Origin: an uncultured Verrucomicrobiae bacterium
Lineage (GTDB): Bacteria; Verrucomicrobiota; Verrucomicrobiia; Chthoniobacterales; Chthoniobacteraceae
Assembly (NCBI GenBank): GCA_963769025.1
Contig: CAVYKI010000002.1
Location: 320,001 to 384,000, forward strand
Reading direction: 5' to 3'
Length of the DNA stretch: 64,000 nt
The translations under genes were made by a program, and so were the position numbers. Below are positions 19,971-31,047 of the stretch, piece after piece; position 1 is the stretch's first letter, and each line of letters opens with the position of its first letter. The notes beneath the pieces were generated by a model that saw only the letters and a list, made by a program, of their open reading frames with translations, did not search any database and was not told where the DNA came from.

Positions 19971-22616
19971 CTAATGGAAGAGGGCAGTCACCCGGTCCCA
20001 GAAGTCCTGGAGCGAATGGTCCCATAGGAAGGCCAGCAGTGCGCCCAAGCCGATCAGCAAGGCGGCGATCAGCAGATACAGCAGGACGCGCCAGCGGAAG
20101 AGTTTCACGATCACTTGGGTGACCAGGAGGAACAGGAATGAGAGGACAACGATGAGCTTGTCCAGGATGGCGAGTGGCACCCGGAGGAAGAATGCGGCTT
20201 TCGATTCAGCCAATGACTGGCGGAGGATTTTCAGCAGCGTGACGGCAGCGCGCCAACTCCAGGCGATTTTCGTTTCGCATGGAAGGGCCTTCATGCCCTC
20301 CATGCCGAGCAGGTCCTTCCTCGGGGGAGGGCCGCCGGCCACTTCGGGAGGTGTCGAGGGTGGCTTGTTGGTGATGCCCATGCCGAGGCTGCGCATTTCG
20401 AGGGCAATCTCCCTCTGCGCCTCGGCGACCATCGCCCTTTTCTGCTCTTCCGTGCCGGGATGCAATTTGCGGATGAGGATCTCGGCGGTGTCGAGGCGTC
20501 CCCATGTCAGGTCATTGCCGCGCCAGTCCTCGTTCAGGAATCCGCCAAAGTGGGCCAATGTCTCCCCCGCGAGCTTTTCCTGGGCCGACAGGCCGGGCAT
20601 GTAGAGATTGGCATCGGCAGGGCTGATGCGGGAAAAATTGATCTGCTGCGTCTCGGCGTCCAGATCCTCGCCGGACATCAGCGGGTAGATAATCATGTCC
20701 CGGAGATAGAAGGAAATGAGGGCATCCCGCAGGACGAGATAGCCATCCGTGACCTTTGCGAGATATGGATTCTCGGAATCCGCGGTGCTGGCCTCCTTCA
20801 ATTTCTCGGTCAGCTCGTCGGTCGCATTCTTCAGCTTGAGACGCACGGTTTCGCACAACCGGGCGAGAAAGTCGGAACGGCGACGGATGAAGGGGGTGCT
20901 ATACAGATTGCCAAACAGCTCGTCGAGCAGCGCCAGGGGGGATCCTGTGTTGGCCTTTCCCTTTCCGGGGAGATGCTCCGAGACTTCCCGGACCCGCGCC
21001 TCGATCTCCACCAACTCCGCGGTAAACGCGTGGGCTTCCGCCTCCTGTCTGCGGACGAGAAGTTCATCCTGCTCGTAGAGAAAGTCCTTCAATCGGTTGA
21101 GCCGCTCCGTTACGCCGTCGATATAGATTTCCCGAAGGCCCGTCCCGTCGCCGGTGCCCGAAGGGCGCTCGGGGTAGAGGGTGCGAATCACGTGCACCAG
21201 ATACTTGCAAAACCGCCGATGATACCGGAGGTCGAGCGAGCCGACGAGGAGGCACTTGATCTGGTAAACCTTTTCCGCGATCTGATGGTTCGGCTTTGCC
21301 TTGGGATGCGCCCTGCCGGCCGCTTCCTCCATGTCTGTCAGAGTCCTGAAGAACTCGGTGATCACTCCGAAGAATTGTTTGGGAAATTCCCGCTGGAGGC
21401 GCAAATCCAGATAAGCGTCCTCTTGTGCGCGGAAGAGCGCAGTGGGGGGATTCTCGGGCGGAATATATTTGAATTTTGATTGAGCGGCTTCTATCTCATC
21501 CTGCTTCGGTTCCGCCTCCGTGGCTGCGGCCGGCGGCTGCTTTTTGTCTTCCTCAAAGCCTTTCCACGCGCGGAATCGGGCCACCTGCGTCTCATAATAA
21601 CTGAGCGTGCGCTGCAAGTCGCGCACATCCACATTGCGCTGCTCGATGTCCTGGAGTGCCGTGGTGATGCTTTGGTAGCCTGGAAGGCCGAGCAGCGCCT
21701 TCATCACGACTTCGGGTCCCGTATAGGGTTTGGGGTCGATCTGGCAGACGCGTGAGCCGACCTGCTCGGGGTCGGGATCGATGTAGAATAGGAGGCGGTG
21801 CACCTTTTTGTTGGCGCGACGTTTTGCGATGGCGCGGAGGGCGAGGTCGATCGGCTTGTTGTCCAGCACGCCGCCATCGATGTGGTATGCATCGGCCTCG
21901 AGGTTGCGGGCGCGTTCCCCGAGCCCGTCCTTTTTTACCAGCACCGGCTCGAATGCGAGCGGGAAGGATGAACTCGCGCGTGCCGCCTGCGCGAGGAGGC
22001 ACATGTCCTCTTCATTATTGAAATCATTGATCTCGGGCGTGTCGGTTCCCGGTTGCTTCTTGCGATAGCGAAAGTGGAAGACCTGGCGGTGGGTCCTGGT
22101 GGGGATCTCCTCGTTGTCCGGGGTCCTAATGAGGACCCTGTCGCCGTCCACGTTCGTGGAGGTCAGGAACAGTTCCAGCGCGTCCTGCAGCGTCTCATCC
22201 AGCGGTGCCGTCCGCTTCGCCAGCAAAGCCTCGAAAATCACGGCGCGAAACCGATCGCCATCGAGCAGGGACTTCGGGCCGGCCTTCCACACGCCGTAGA
22301 GCAGTTTGTCGATGTCACCCTCGGTGCGCCAGAGGTCCAGGAGCTTCCGCATGTCGCCGCGGTTCACGAGGGCGTTTCCGAGAAATGCCCCGTTCAGCCC
22401 GCCGGCGGATGTCCCGGTGATGATGTCCACCACCACGTCGCCGATCAGGTCTTTCAACTGCGCGTAAACGCCTTCGCCTTTCACGAGCCGGAAGAACTCG
22501 AGTGCGACTCCGCTCTCGTAAACCGCGAGGGCGACCCCGCCGAAAAATGAGAGGGCGATGCGCGTTTCACAAATACTCCCAACGGTGGGAGCGGACTTGG
22601 CGGAGTCGGTGTTCAT
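19971..22616 (-). CDS. Patatin-like phospholipase with DUF3376 and C-terminal membrane helices
   Basis: GGVALAVYESGV glycine loop, GTSAG nucleophile, DGGVLDNKP, LAHFGGFL..WRGNDLTWGRLD (DUF3376), two hydrophobic C-terminal segments. Confidence 0.9.
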   Translation of the reverse strand: MNTDSAKSAPTVGSICETRIALSFFGGVALAVYESGVALEFFRLVKGEGVYAQLKDLIGDVVVDIITGTSAGGLNGAFLGNALVNRGDMRKLLDLWRTEGDIDKLLYGVWKAGPKSLLDGDRFRAVIFEALLAKRTAPLDETLQDALELFLTSTNVDGDRVLIRTPDNEEIPTRTHRQVFHFRYRKKQPGTDTPEINDFNNEEDMCLLAQAARASSSFPLAFEPVLVKKDGLGERARNLEADAYHIDGGVLDNKPIDLALRAIAKRRANKKVHRLLFYIDPDPEQVGSRVCQIDPKPYTGPEVVMKALLGLPGYQSITTALQDIEQRNVDVRDLQRTLSYYETQVARFRAWKGFEEDKKQPPAAATEAEPKQDEIEAAQSKFKYIPPENPPTALFRAQEDAYLDLRLQREFPKQFFGVITEFFRTLTDMEEAAGRAHPKAKPNHQIAEKVYQIKCLLVGSLDLRYHRRFCKYLVHVIRTLYPERPSGTGDGTGLREIYIDGVTERLNRLKDFLYEQDELLVRRQEAEAHAFTAELVEIEARVREVSEHLPGKGKANTGSPLALLDELFGNLYSTPFIRRRSDFLARLCETVRLKLKNATDELTEKLKEASTADSENPYLAKVTDGYLVLRDALISFYLRDMIIYPLMSGEDLDAETQQINFSRISPADANLYMPGLSAQEKLAGETLAHFGGFLNEDWRGNDLTWGRLDTAEILIRKLHPGTEEQKRAMVAEAQREIALEMRSLGMGITNKPPSTPPEVAGGPPPRKDLLGMEGMKALPCETKIAWSWRAAVTLLKILRQSLAESKAAFFLRVPLAILDKLIVVLSFLFLLVTQVIVKLFRWRVLLYLLIAALLIGLGALLAFLWDHSLQDFWDRVTALFH

Positions 22617-22794
22617 AAGGTTTTCAGGCTGACGTTCGGACGAATCCTAAGCGTCCACGTATGAACAGGGCCAGTCTATTCGTTCACGTTTGCGAACGTT
22701 TGTCGAAAAAGGCCAGGGGCTCCGGTCGCGATGATTGCCGACACGGAGAAGGTGGCAGCGGCGGGTGGCCGGCTGCGCGGCTATCGGAGCAAGG

Positions 22795-22944
22795 TCACTT
22801 GCCTAACAAAATGAGGACTCCGGCGGCGACGGCGAGGGCGGGGGTGATGAAGTGGAGCTGGCCAAGCGAAATCCCGAAGAGGCCGATGACGCCGACGAGG
22901 ATGAGGTAGATGGCAAGGAGGAGCATTCCGATGTTCTTTTTCAT
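22795..22944 (-). CDS. Small two-helix membrane protein, 49 aa (below the ORF-track cutoff)
   Basis: MKKNIGMLLLAIYLILVGVIGLFGISLGQLHFITPALAVAAGVLILLGK, read directly; co-oriented just downstream of the L,D-transpeptidase. Confidence 0.8.
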   Translation of the reverse strand: MKKNIGMLLLAIYLILVGVIGLFGISLGQLHFITPALAVAAGVLILLGK

Positions 22945-22977
22945 GTTGGATTGGGGGGCATTTGGTTGCGTGGTTGT

Positions 22978-23508
22978 TCAGCGGCGGACGGTCACTGGGG
23001 TTCCGATTTTGCTCGCTGCGAAAAACTGCCGGGCGCGCAAGGAGGAGAGGCGGACGCAGCCGTGGGAGGCGGGATAGCCGGGGCGATCGCCCTCGTGCAG
23101 GCCGTAGCCGGGCTTGAATTCCAAATAGTAATACATCGGCGCGCCGAGGTAGCGCGAGCCGGGGGGCTTGCGATCCTTTCGCACGTCCACGTTGGCTTTC
23201 ACGATGCGGCCATAGGAATCGACATAGTCGCCGTAGAGGCCGGAGCGGTGATCGATGTCCTTGCGGATGACGCTGAAATTGCCGACGGGCGTGCGGTAGC
23301 CTTCGCGTCCGGTGGAGATGGAGGCCTCGGCGACACGCTCGCGGCCCTGGAGGAGGTAGGCGCGCTGTTCGTGCAGGACGATGAGGATGGAGGTCTTGGC
23401 GCCGCGGACGGGTGTGACCTTTCCTCCGAGCCGGGCGGGAATGACCTCGCATCCGGTGAAGGAGCACACGGCGAGGAGAAGCAGGAGGGACTTGAGGAGC
23501 GAATTCAT
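22978..23508 (-). CDS. L,D-transpeptidase (YkuD family) lipoprotein
   Basis: Lipobox FTGC; ISTGREGYRTPVGNF; LHEG..PGYPASHGCVRL catalytic His/Cys. Confidence 0.9.
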   Translation of the reverse strand: MNSLLKSLLLLLAVCSFTGCEVIPARLGGKVTPVRGAKTSILIVLHEQRAYLLQGRERVAEASISTGREGYRTPVGNFSVIRKDIDHRSGLYGDYVDSYGRIVKANVDVRKDRKPPGSRYLGAPMYYYLEFKPGYGLHEGDRPGYPASHGCVRLSSLRARQFFAASKIGTPVTVRR

Positions 23509-23685
23509 GAGTGAGTGGTAAAAGGTGGGTGCGTGGCTCGTGCGGTTATCATTTCAGCGCGATGCGCAGTCGAGACTCATCGCGGACGGGTGCTCCCGGC
23601 GCCTCTATTCGTGGCCGCTGGGGAAATGGACGGGAAAATTGCGTGGCGCAGGCTCAGGGATGCGTCGCAGGATGGGGCATTCCCT

Positions 23686-24907
23686 ATGAAATTCTCCCGT
23701 CTCCCCGCCGCAGCCATTCTCTCCGTCGCGATCTCCGTCGCGGTCACCGCCGCCTTTGGCCTGACGCATTCCGCCATTGCCGATGAACCGAAGCTGCCGG
23801 GCGTGGGCGCGACGATGGAGGAGTGAATCGCGAAGCATGAAATCGCGGGTGCGGTGACGATGGTGGTGACGAAGGACAAGGTGCTGCATTTGGAGACCAA
23901 CGGCATGGCCGATGTGGCGGCGAGGCGGCCGATGACGCCGGATACGCTTTGCTGGATCGCCTCGATGACGAAGCCGATCACCGGCACGGCGGTGCTCATC
24001 CTGCAGGACGAGGGGAAGCTGAACGTCGCCGATCCGGTGGCGAAGTATCTTGCCGGAATTTGCGAACCTGAAGACGCCCTCGGGCAAGCCGGCGAATCTC
24101 ACCATCGCGCAGATCCTCACGCACACCTCCGGGCTCGGCGAGGCGGGCGGGCCGGCGGCGAAGGATGCGAAGACGCTGGCGGATCTCGTGCCGCTGTGGC
24201 TCGCGGCGCCGATGCAGTTCGAGCCGGGGACGAAGTGGAAATACTGCCAGAGCGGAATCAACGCCGCGGGACGGATCGTGGAAGTGGTGAGCGGGATGAC
24301 TTTCGACGCGTTTCTGCAGCAGCGGCTTTTCGAGCCGCTGGGGATGAAGGACACGACCTTTTACCCGACCGATGCGCAGCGTGCGCGGCTCGCGACCTCA
24401 TACGCGAAGGACAAGGACACGGGCGCGCTGAAGCCCGTGCCGCCGCGCGATGGCTATGAGGGAACGCGCAACCGTCCGCCGCAGGGCAATGGCGGACTTT
24501 ACTCGACGGCGCCGGACTATGCGCGCTTTTGCCAGATGCTGCTCGGCGGCGGTTCGCGCGAGGGGCGTCGCATCCTGAGCAGCGATGCGATGAAATTCCT
24601 GAGCACTCCGCAGACGGGCGACCTGCCGGTGGGATTTTTCCAAAACGACACCTACGGCCAGCACGGGCAGAAGTACGGATGGGGGCTCGGCACGAGCATC
24701 CTGCGCACGCCGCACGAGGGCGTGGCGGCGATGCTGTCGCCGGGGACCTTCGGCCATGGCGGCGCGTGGGGCACGCAGGCGTGGGTCGATCCGGTGCGCG
24801 GCGTCGCGTATGTGATGATGGTGCAGCGCGCGAATTTCCCGAACAGCGACGCTAGCGAAGTGCGCGGAGCATTCCAGGCCGCCGCGGCGAAGGCGCTCAG
24901 GCGCTAG
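23686..24907 (+). CDS. Serine hydrolase (beta-lactamase class C-like); in-frame TGA at 23824 and frameshift near 24050
   Basis: Signal peptide, ASMTK (SxxK), ILTHTSG, PGTKWKY, GGLYST, FGHGGAWGT. Confidence 0.85.
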
Positions 24908-24933
24908 GAGCGGCGCTTTCCAAGTCGCCGCTC
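24908..24933. repeat. Short REP-like palindrome
   Basis: GAGCGGCG-CTTTCCAAGT-CGCCGCTC directly after the stop codon; single copy in the window. Confidence 0.45.
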
Positions 24934-25041
24934 GCGGTGTGCTTACTTTCATGCGGGGGTGGCTTTCGACGCCAAGACGGGGCGGGGGAAGTCAACGAAG
25001 CTGCGTCGCATTTCACCGTCCGATCCCGACCATCACCAGAC

Positions 25042-28036
25042 ATGAGAACCCTCGCTGCAATCCTGCTCCTGCCAATCCTCGCCTTCGCGCAGGACAAGCC
25101 TGTTCCGACCGCCGCGCAATACGCGGGCTGGCGGCACTCGGGGGAGCTTGCGATTCTCACCACGCCCGATGGCGCGAATCTGGCGGCTTCGGCGTCGGTG
25201 GAGCAATTCCCGCTGCTGGTCCGGCTTCACAAGGACTGGTTCGATTTCAAGCAGGCGAAGGCGGGCGGCGAGGATGTCCGCTTTTCCAGCAGCACCGGAA
25301 CGCCGCTGCCGTATGAGATCGAGGAGTGGGATGCGGCGACGGGCGCGGCGAGCATCTGGGTGCGCATCCCGCGCATCGAGGGGAATGCGCGGCAGATGAT
25401 CCGCATGCACTGGGGCAAGGCGGACGCAGCGGACGAGTCGGACGGGAAGGCGGTATTCAACGAGTCGAACGGCTACCTGAGCGTGTGGCACATGGGCGAC
25501 GCGGTGCGGGATGAAACGGGGACGATCGAATCGAAGGACACGGGCACGGTGGCGACCGGCGGCGTGATCGGGAAGGCGCGGCACTTCGCGGAGAAGCGGG
25601 GCATCTTCGGTGGCGACAAGATTGCGGGATATCCCGAAGGCGCGGGACAGCACAGCACGGAGGTGTGGTTCCGGGCGGAGAAGCCGAACGCGACAATCAT
25701 CGCCTGGGGCAACGAACACGCGCAGGGCAAGGTGGTGATGCAGTTCCGCAGCCCGCCGCACGTGCAGATGGACTGCTATTTTTCCGGCGGCAATGTGGCC
25801 GGTGTCAGCCGCGTGCCGCTGGGCGAATGGACGCATGCGGTGCACACTTACCGGCAGGGCGAGTCGGTCATCTACGTGAACGGCGATGCCGGACGGAACG
25901 AACACGAAGAGCGGTCCGCCGCTGGCCATCAAAAGTCCGGCGCGACTGTGGATCGGCGGTTGGTACAACAACTACACTTTTGCCGGCGACATCGACGAGG
26001 TGCGCGTGTCGAAAGTGGCGCGCCCTGCGGAGTGGGTGCGGTTGCAATTTGAAAACCAGAAGCCGCTGCAGACGCTGGTCGGTCCGCTCGTGCAGGCGGG
26101 TTCGGTGTTCGCAGTGTCGCCGGCGCAGGCGACGGTGATGGAGGGGGAAAGCGCGACATTCACCGCGCAGGCCGGTGGGGCGCAGAAGCTGGTGTGGTCG
26201 GTCGTGCGCGACGGCGTGGAGACCGTCGCGGCGGTGGACCGGTTCTCGTTTGTGTTCCATGCCGGGCGCGTGACGGGCGACACAGCGGCGACGCTGCGGC
26301 TGAAGGCGGTGACTGCGGAGGGCGTGAAGACGGGCGACATTCCAATCACGGTGAAGGAAGCGATTCCCGATCCGGTGCTAGTCCTGAACGCCCCAGCCAA
26401 GTGGAACGGCCGGGACACGATCGAGGTCGCCCGGGGCATCCGCAATTTCGTCGCGATGAAGGACAAGGGCGCTGGAGAATTGAAGATCGAGTGGAGCGCC
26501 GGACCCTTCGCCGTGATCAAGGAGGCCACACCGGAGAAGCTCATCCTCAAGCGCGCGCAGAACAGCGGCACGCTCACTGTGACTGCGACCGCGAGCAATG
26601 GAGGCAGGCCCGTCACGCAGAGCGTGACCATCGAAGTGACGGAGCCGAAGCGCGACGCGTGGGTGGCGCGCACGCCGGAAAAGGACGAGAAGCCGGAGGA
26701 AGGGCAGTTCTACGCGCGCGACGACAAGAACGAGGGAACGCTCCACTACAACGGCACGCTCGCCGACGCAGCGGACTCCGTTTTCCTGAAACTCTACGCC
26801 GACGGGAAGCTCGTGAGGACGGAGACGGCGAAGCCCGGCGCGGACAAGGCGTATGCGCTGTCCGCGAAACTGAAGCCGGGCCTGATCCACTACAGCGTCG
26901 AGTTTGGCACGAAGACCGGCGGGCGCGAGACGATGCTGGAAACGGTGGGCAATCTCGTCTGCGGCGATGCCTACATCATCGAGGGCCAGTCGAACGCGCT
27001 GGCGACGGATACCCGCGAGCAATCTCCGCCGGAGACCAATGAGTGGATTCGCAGCTACGGACGCCCTTCGCAGAATCCGAAGGACAACGAAGGCAACCTC
27101 TGGTGCAACCCGGTCTGGAAAGCGCAGAAGGGCGAGAAGGCGGAGCTGGGCTGGTGGGGCATGGAACTGGCGAAGCGGCTGCTCGAAAGCCAGAAGATGC
27201 CGATCTTCATCATCAACGCCGCGGTCGGCGGAACGCGCATCGACCAGCACCAGCGCAACGCCGGCGACCCGGCGGACCTCACGACGATTTACGGACGGAT
27301 GCTGTGGCGCGTACAACACGCGAAGCTGACCCATGGCATCCGCGGAATCCTGTGGCACCAGGGCGAGAGCGATCAGGGCGCGGACGGACCGACGGGCGGC
27401 TACGGATGGGAGACTTACCAGCCGCTCTTCGTGGAGATGGCGGCTGGCTGGAAGCAGGACTTCCCGAACGTGCAGCAGTACTACGTTTTCCAAATCTGGC
27501 CGAACGCGTGCAGCATGGGCGGACGCGACGGCTCCGGCGACAGGCTGCGCGAGAAACTGCGGACACTGCCGCAGCTTTTTTCCAACATGAGCATCATGTC
27601 CACGCTCGGCATCCGGCCGCCTGGCGGCTGCCATTTTCCGCTGGTGGGCTGGGCGGAATTTGCGCGCCTGATCCAGCCGCTCATCGAGCGGGACCACTAC
27701 GGCAAAGTGCCTGCCGGCTCGATCACGCCGCCCAATCTCCGTCGCGCCTCCTATGCGGCGAAAGACACGATCGAACTGGAATTTGATCAGCCCGTGGTCT
27801 GGACGGATGCGCTGGCGGGCCGGTTTTACCTCGATGGCGAAAAGGACCAAGTCGCCTCGGGCAGCGTCTCTGGAAATGTGCTCACGCTCAAACTGAAGGA
27901 GGCGTCCGCGGCAAAGACGATCACCTATCTCAAGGAGGTCGCGTGGAATCAGGACACGTTGCTCAACGGCGTGAACGGCATCGCCGCGCTGACCTTTTGC
28001 GAGGTGCCGATTCTGCCCGCACGGGTGCCGCGCTGA
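25042..28036 (+). CDS. Large secreted DUF2341 + LamG + SGNH (sialate/carbohydrate O-acetylesterase) protein, frameshift near 25885
   Basis: FPLLVRL..GEDVRF..LPYEIEEWD..IWVRIP (DUF2341); GEWTH..IYVNG..FAGDIDEVRVS (LamG); GQSNA, LWHQGESD, HFP (SGNH). Confidence 0.85.
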
Positions 28037-28049
28037 AACCCGGCAAAGA

Positions 28050-29495
28050 TCAATCGTTGCCCTTCTTGCGGCCTTTGCCTTTGCCGGGTTTGGCGGCTGG
28101 GGTGGGCTTGATGTCCGTGTTCGGCGTTGGCATCGGAGCTTTGATCGCCTCGCGCCACGCGATCATCTTTGCGTGCAGTTCCTTCGCCTTCTCCGGCATT
28201 CTCTCGGCGAGGTTTTTCTTTTCGCCGATGTCGTCGCGGAGGTTGTAGAGTTCGAGCCGGCCGATCTTCGAAGAACTCCATCAGCTTCCAATCGCCCGAC
28301 TGGATGAGGCCGACGGGCGTGGTGCGCCACGTGCCGCCGCCCGACGCCGAGGTAGCCGGGGAAGTGCTGGAAGATCGCGTCGCGCTTCAGTGATGCGCCG
28401 GCATCGCGGAAGAGCGGCACGAGGCTTTCACCGTCGAGCACGTAGTTCGCCGGCGCGTTTCGCGCCGGCGATTTCGAGGAAGGTCGGGATACACATCCAC
28501 GTGGATCGCCGGCACGTCGCAGGTCGTGCCGGGCTTCGTCGACGCCGGGCCAGCGCACGATGAACGGCTCGCGCGTGCCGCCTTCGTAGAGGCTGCCTTT
28601 GCCGCTGCGCAGCGGTGCGTTGTCGGTGATGTCGCCGCCTTCTTGATGCCTTCGCGCACGTAGCCGCCGACGCCGCCGTTGTCGCTGGAGAAGATCAGCA
28701 CGGTGTTGTCCGCGAGCTTCAGTTCGTCGAGCAGCGCCATCACGCGGCCCACGCTTTCATCCACGCTCGCGATCATCGCCGCGTAGGTCGGGTTGTGATG
28801 TCCGCCCACGGCCGGCTTCGGCTTGAACTTCTCGATCAGCTCCTGCTTCGCCTGAAACGGCGAGTGGACGCCGAAGTGCGGCAGGTAGAGGAAGAACGGC
28901 TGCGTCCTTGTGCCGCCGGATGAAATCGACCGCCTTGTCGGTGAGGAAGTCGGCGAGGTAGGTGCCCTGCGGATACGTCGGTCTTCGGATTCGTCTCGAA
29001 GTCGAAGTGCTTGCCCATCGAGACGATCGCCTCGTCGAAGCCGCGCTGCGCTCGGATGATGCTCCGCCATCCTCGCCGAGGTGCCATTTGCCGAACATGC
29101 CGGTCGCGTAGCCCGCCGCCTTCAGCGATTGCGCGAGGTGATCTTGTCGAGCGGCAGCTTGTCCACGTTGTCCACCGGCCGCAGCGGGCGCGACTGCCAT
29201 TCGAAGCGGTCGATGCCGCCGACCGTGTAGACGCCGGTGCGCGGCACCGTATTGCCCGCTCATCAGCGCCGCGCGCGTGGGCTGGCAGTTCTGGCAGTTG
29301 TGATAGCGGGTGAGCCGCATGCCCTGCGCCGCGAGGCGATCGATGTTCGGCGTTTCGTAATACTTCGCTGCCCTGCACCGCGAGGTCGGTCCAGCCGAGA
29401 TCGTCGGCGAGGATGAAGATGATGTTCGGCTGCTTCGCCGCGTGCGCGGTGAGGGCGCACAGGAGCAGGCTTGCGAGGAAGATGAGAGGCCGCAT
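28050..29495 (-). CDS. Sulfatase, many frameshifts
   Basis: QPNIIFILADDLGW, CQPTR, GKWHLG, HFGVHSP, SSDNGG, LYEGGTR and LYNLRDDIGE spread over several frames. Confidence 0.85.
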
Positions 29496-29550
29496 GCAGG
29501 GAAGGACGTGATGTTTCATTGGATTCGCAGGTTCAGGATTCCGTCAGCGG

Positions 29551-30858
29551 CTAGTCTTGTTTGGCGAACCGTGCCGGGCGCGGGCCTTCAAACTGTTTGA
29601 GCGCCGTCTGCAACTTCGCCTTGGCCGCCTTCGCATTGGCATCGAGCCCCGGATCTGCGAGCGGCGATTTTTCGAGGTCGTCCTTATCGACGGCGTAGAA
29701 GCGGCCATCGGTGTACAGCTTGAAGTTGGCATCGTGCGTGAACTCGGCCGAGGCCTTCGGGCCGCCGCCCCGGTTATACCAGGCGTAGAGCCATTCGCGC
29801 GGGTTGCCTTTTTCGCCGCGGAGCTGCGGGAGGAAGCTGCGTCCGTCGATCTTCAGCTCGGCCGGAATGGGCGTGCCCGTCGCTTCGCAGATCGTCGGGA
29901 GAAAGTCCGTGGAGTCGATCAGGTCGGCGCACACTTTCCCGTTTGCGACGTGGCCGGGCCAGTTTCCGATGAAGGGGACGTGCGTGCCCCATGCCGTCGT
30001 CGTACCTTTGCCGCCGACCACATCGCGGCCCTTGAAACGCGACTTCGTTCCTTTGCCCGTCCCGTTGTCCCCGAGGACGAGTATCAGCGTGTTGTCGCGC
30101 AGTTTCAGTTCATCGAGCTTCGCCACGACCCGGCCGATCATTTTGTCCGCGTAGGTGACCATGTCGGGAAAATGTCCCGACGGGCCACGGCCCTTTCCTT
30201 TGCCGCCTTGGCCGCCTTTTGCATCGAGATAGTCGGCGCTGTCCGGCGTCGGATCGTAGGGATCGTGGGTGAGGATCATCGGGTAGTAGAGGAAGAAGGG
30301 CGCGTCCTTTTTCCGCGTGATGAAGTCGAGCGCGTAGTCGTTCACGAGGTCCGGGCCGTATTCGTTCATCGTGTAGTCGCGGAGCTTGCCGTTGATTTCG
30401 AGGCCGGGGTTTTTGTAGCGCCCGGGGCGGCGTGTGAGCTGCCAGAGCGCGTATTCGTCGAAGCCAAAAACGCCGGGCCCCTCGAGCCCGTTGCCGAGCT
30501 GCCACTTTCCTACAACGCACGTCGCGTAGCCCGCCTTCTTGAGGATGTTGCCAAAGGTCATCTGCGACGGATCGAGATGGCCGAATTGCGTGTAGTTGCG
30601 GCGATTGCTCATGCCGGTCATGAGCTGCACGCGCGTCGGCGTGCAGAGCGGCTGCACGTGGCACTGCTCAAAGCGCACGCCGGTCGCCGCGAGCCGGTCC
30701 ATCACGGGCGTCTTGTAGCTCTCGCCGCCGTTGGCGCTGACGCATTCGTAGCCAAAGTCGTCGATGAGAAAGAGGACGATGTTGGGCTTTCGCCCGGCGG
30801 CGTGGAGCGCGGCGAACGGGAGCATCAGGAGAGCGGCGAGTGCGGAGGGGAATTTCAT
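29551..30858 (-). CDS. Sulfatase (arylsulfatase A-like)
   Basis: Signal peptide MKFPSALAALL, KPNIVLFLIDDFG, CTPTR, GKWQLG, GDNGT, DGRSFLPQL. Confidence 0.92.
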   Translation of the reverse strand: MKFPSALAALLMLPFAALHAAGRKPNIVLFLIDDFGYECVSANGGESYKTPVMDRLAATGVRFEQCHVQPLCTPTRVQLMTGMSNRRNYTQFGHLDPSQMTFGNILKKAGYATCVVGKWQLGNGLEGPGVFGFDEYALWQLTRRPGRYKNPGLEINGKLRDYTMNEYGPDLVNDYALDFITRKKDAPFFLYYPMILTHDPYDPTPDSADYLDAKGGQGGKGKGRGPSGHFPDMVTYADKMIGRVVAKLDELKLRDNTLILVLGDNGTGKGTKSRFKGRDVVGGKGTTTAWGTHVPFIGNWPGHVANGKVCADLIDSTDFLPTICEATGTPIPAELKIDGRSFLPQLRGEKGNPREWLYAWYNRGGGPKASAEFTHDANFKLYTDGRFYAVDKDDLEKSPLADPGLDANAKAAKAKLQTALKQFEGPRPARFAKQD

Positions 30859-30886
30859 CGGGGGATTTGGAGGATGCGGCGGTGGC

Positions 30887-30961
30887 CTGCCTGGCGAAGT
30901 CGCGCAGTTCGTTGGGGTCGGTATGAAGATTGAAGGGCTGCGCTTTGTCGATGCCGGGATC
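30887..30961 (-). pseudogene. Remnant of a sulfatase C-terminus
   Basis: DPGIDKAQPFNLHTDPNELRDFARQ resembles the sulfatase QLFNLxxDPxExxNLA motif seen intact in the gene at 6234-7821. Confidence 0.5.
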
Positions 30962-31047
30962 GCGATGTGACACCGGCGATGCGTGCAAATCGGAGCACAC
31001 AGCACTCCCACGTTGCCGTTCGCCGTGCGCGACCTCACATTTGGCAC

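Noticed and set aside
23824..23826. In-frame TGA in the serine hydrolase as selenocysteine or programmed readthrough
   Set aside because: The position is non-catalytic, GAG TGA ATC is one base shuffle from GAG ATG ATC, and the same gene has another indel; error is more likely.
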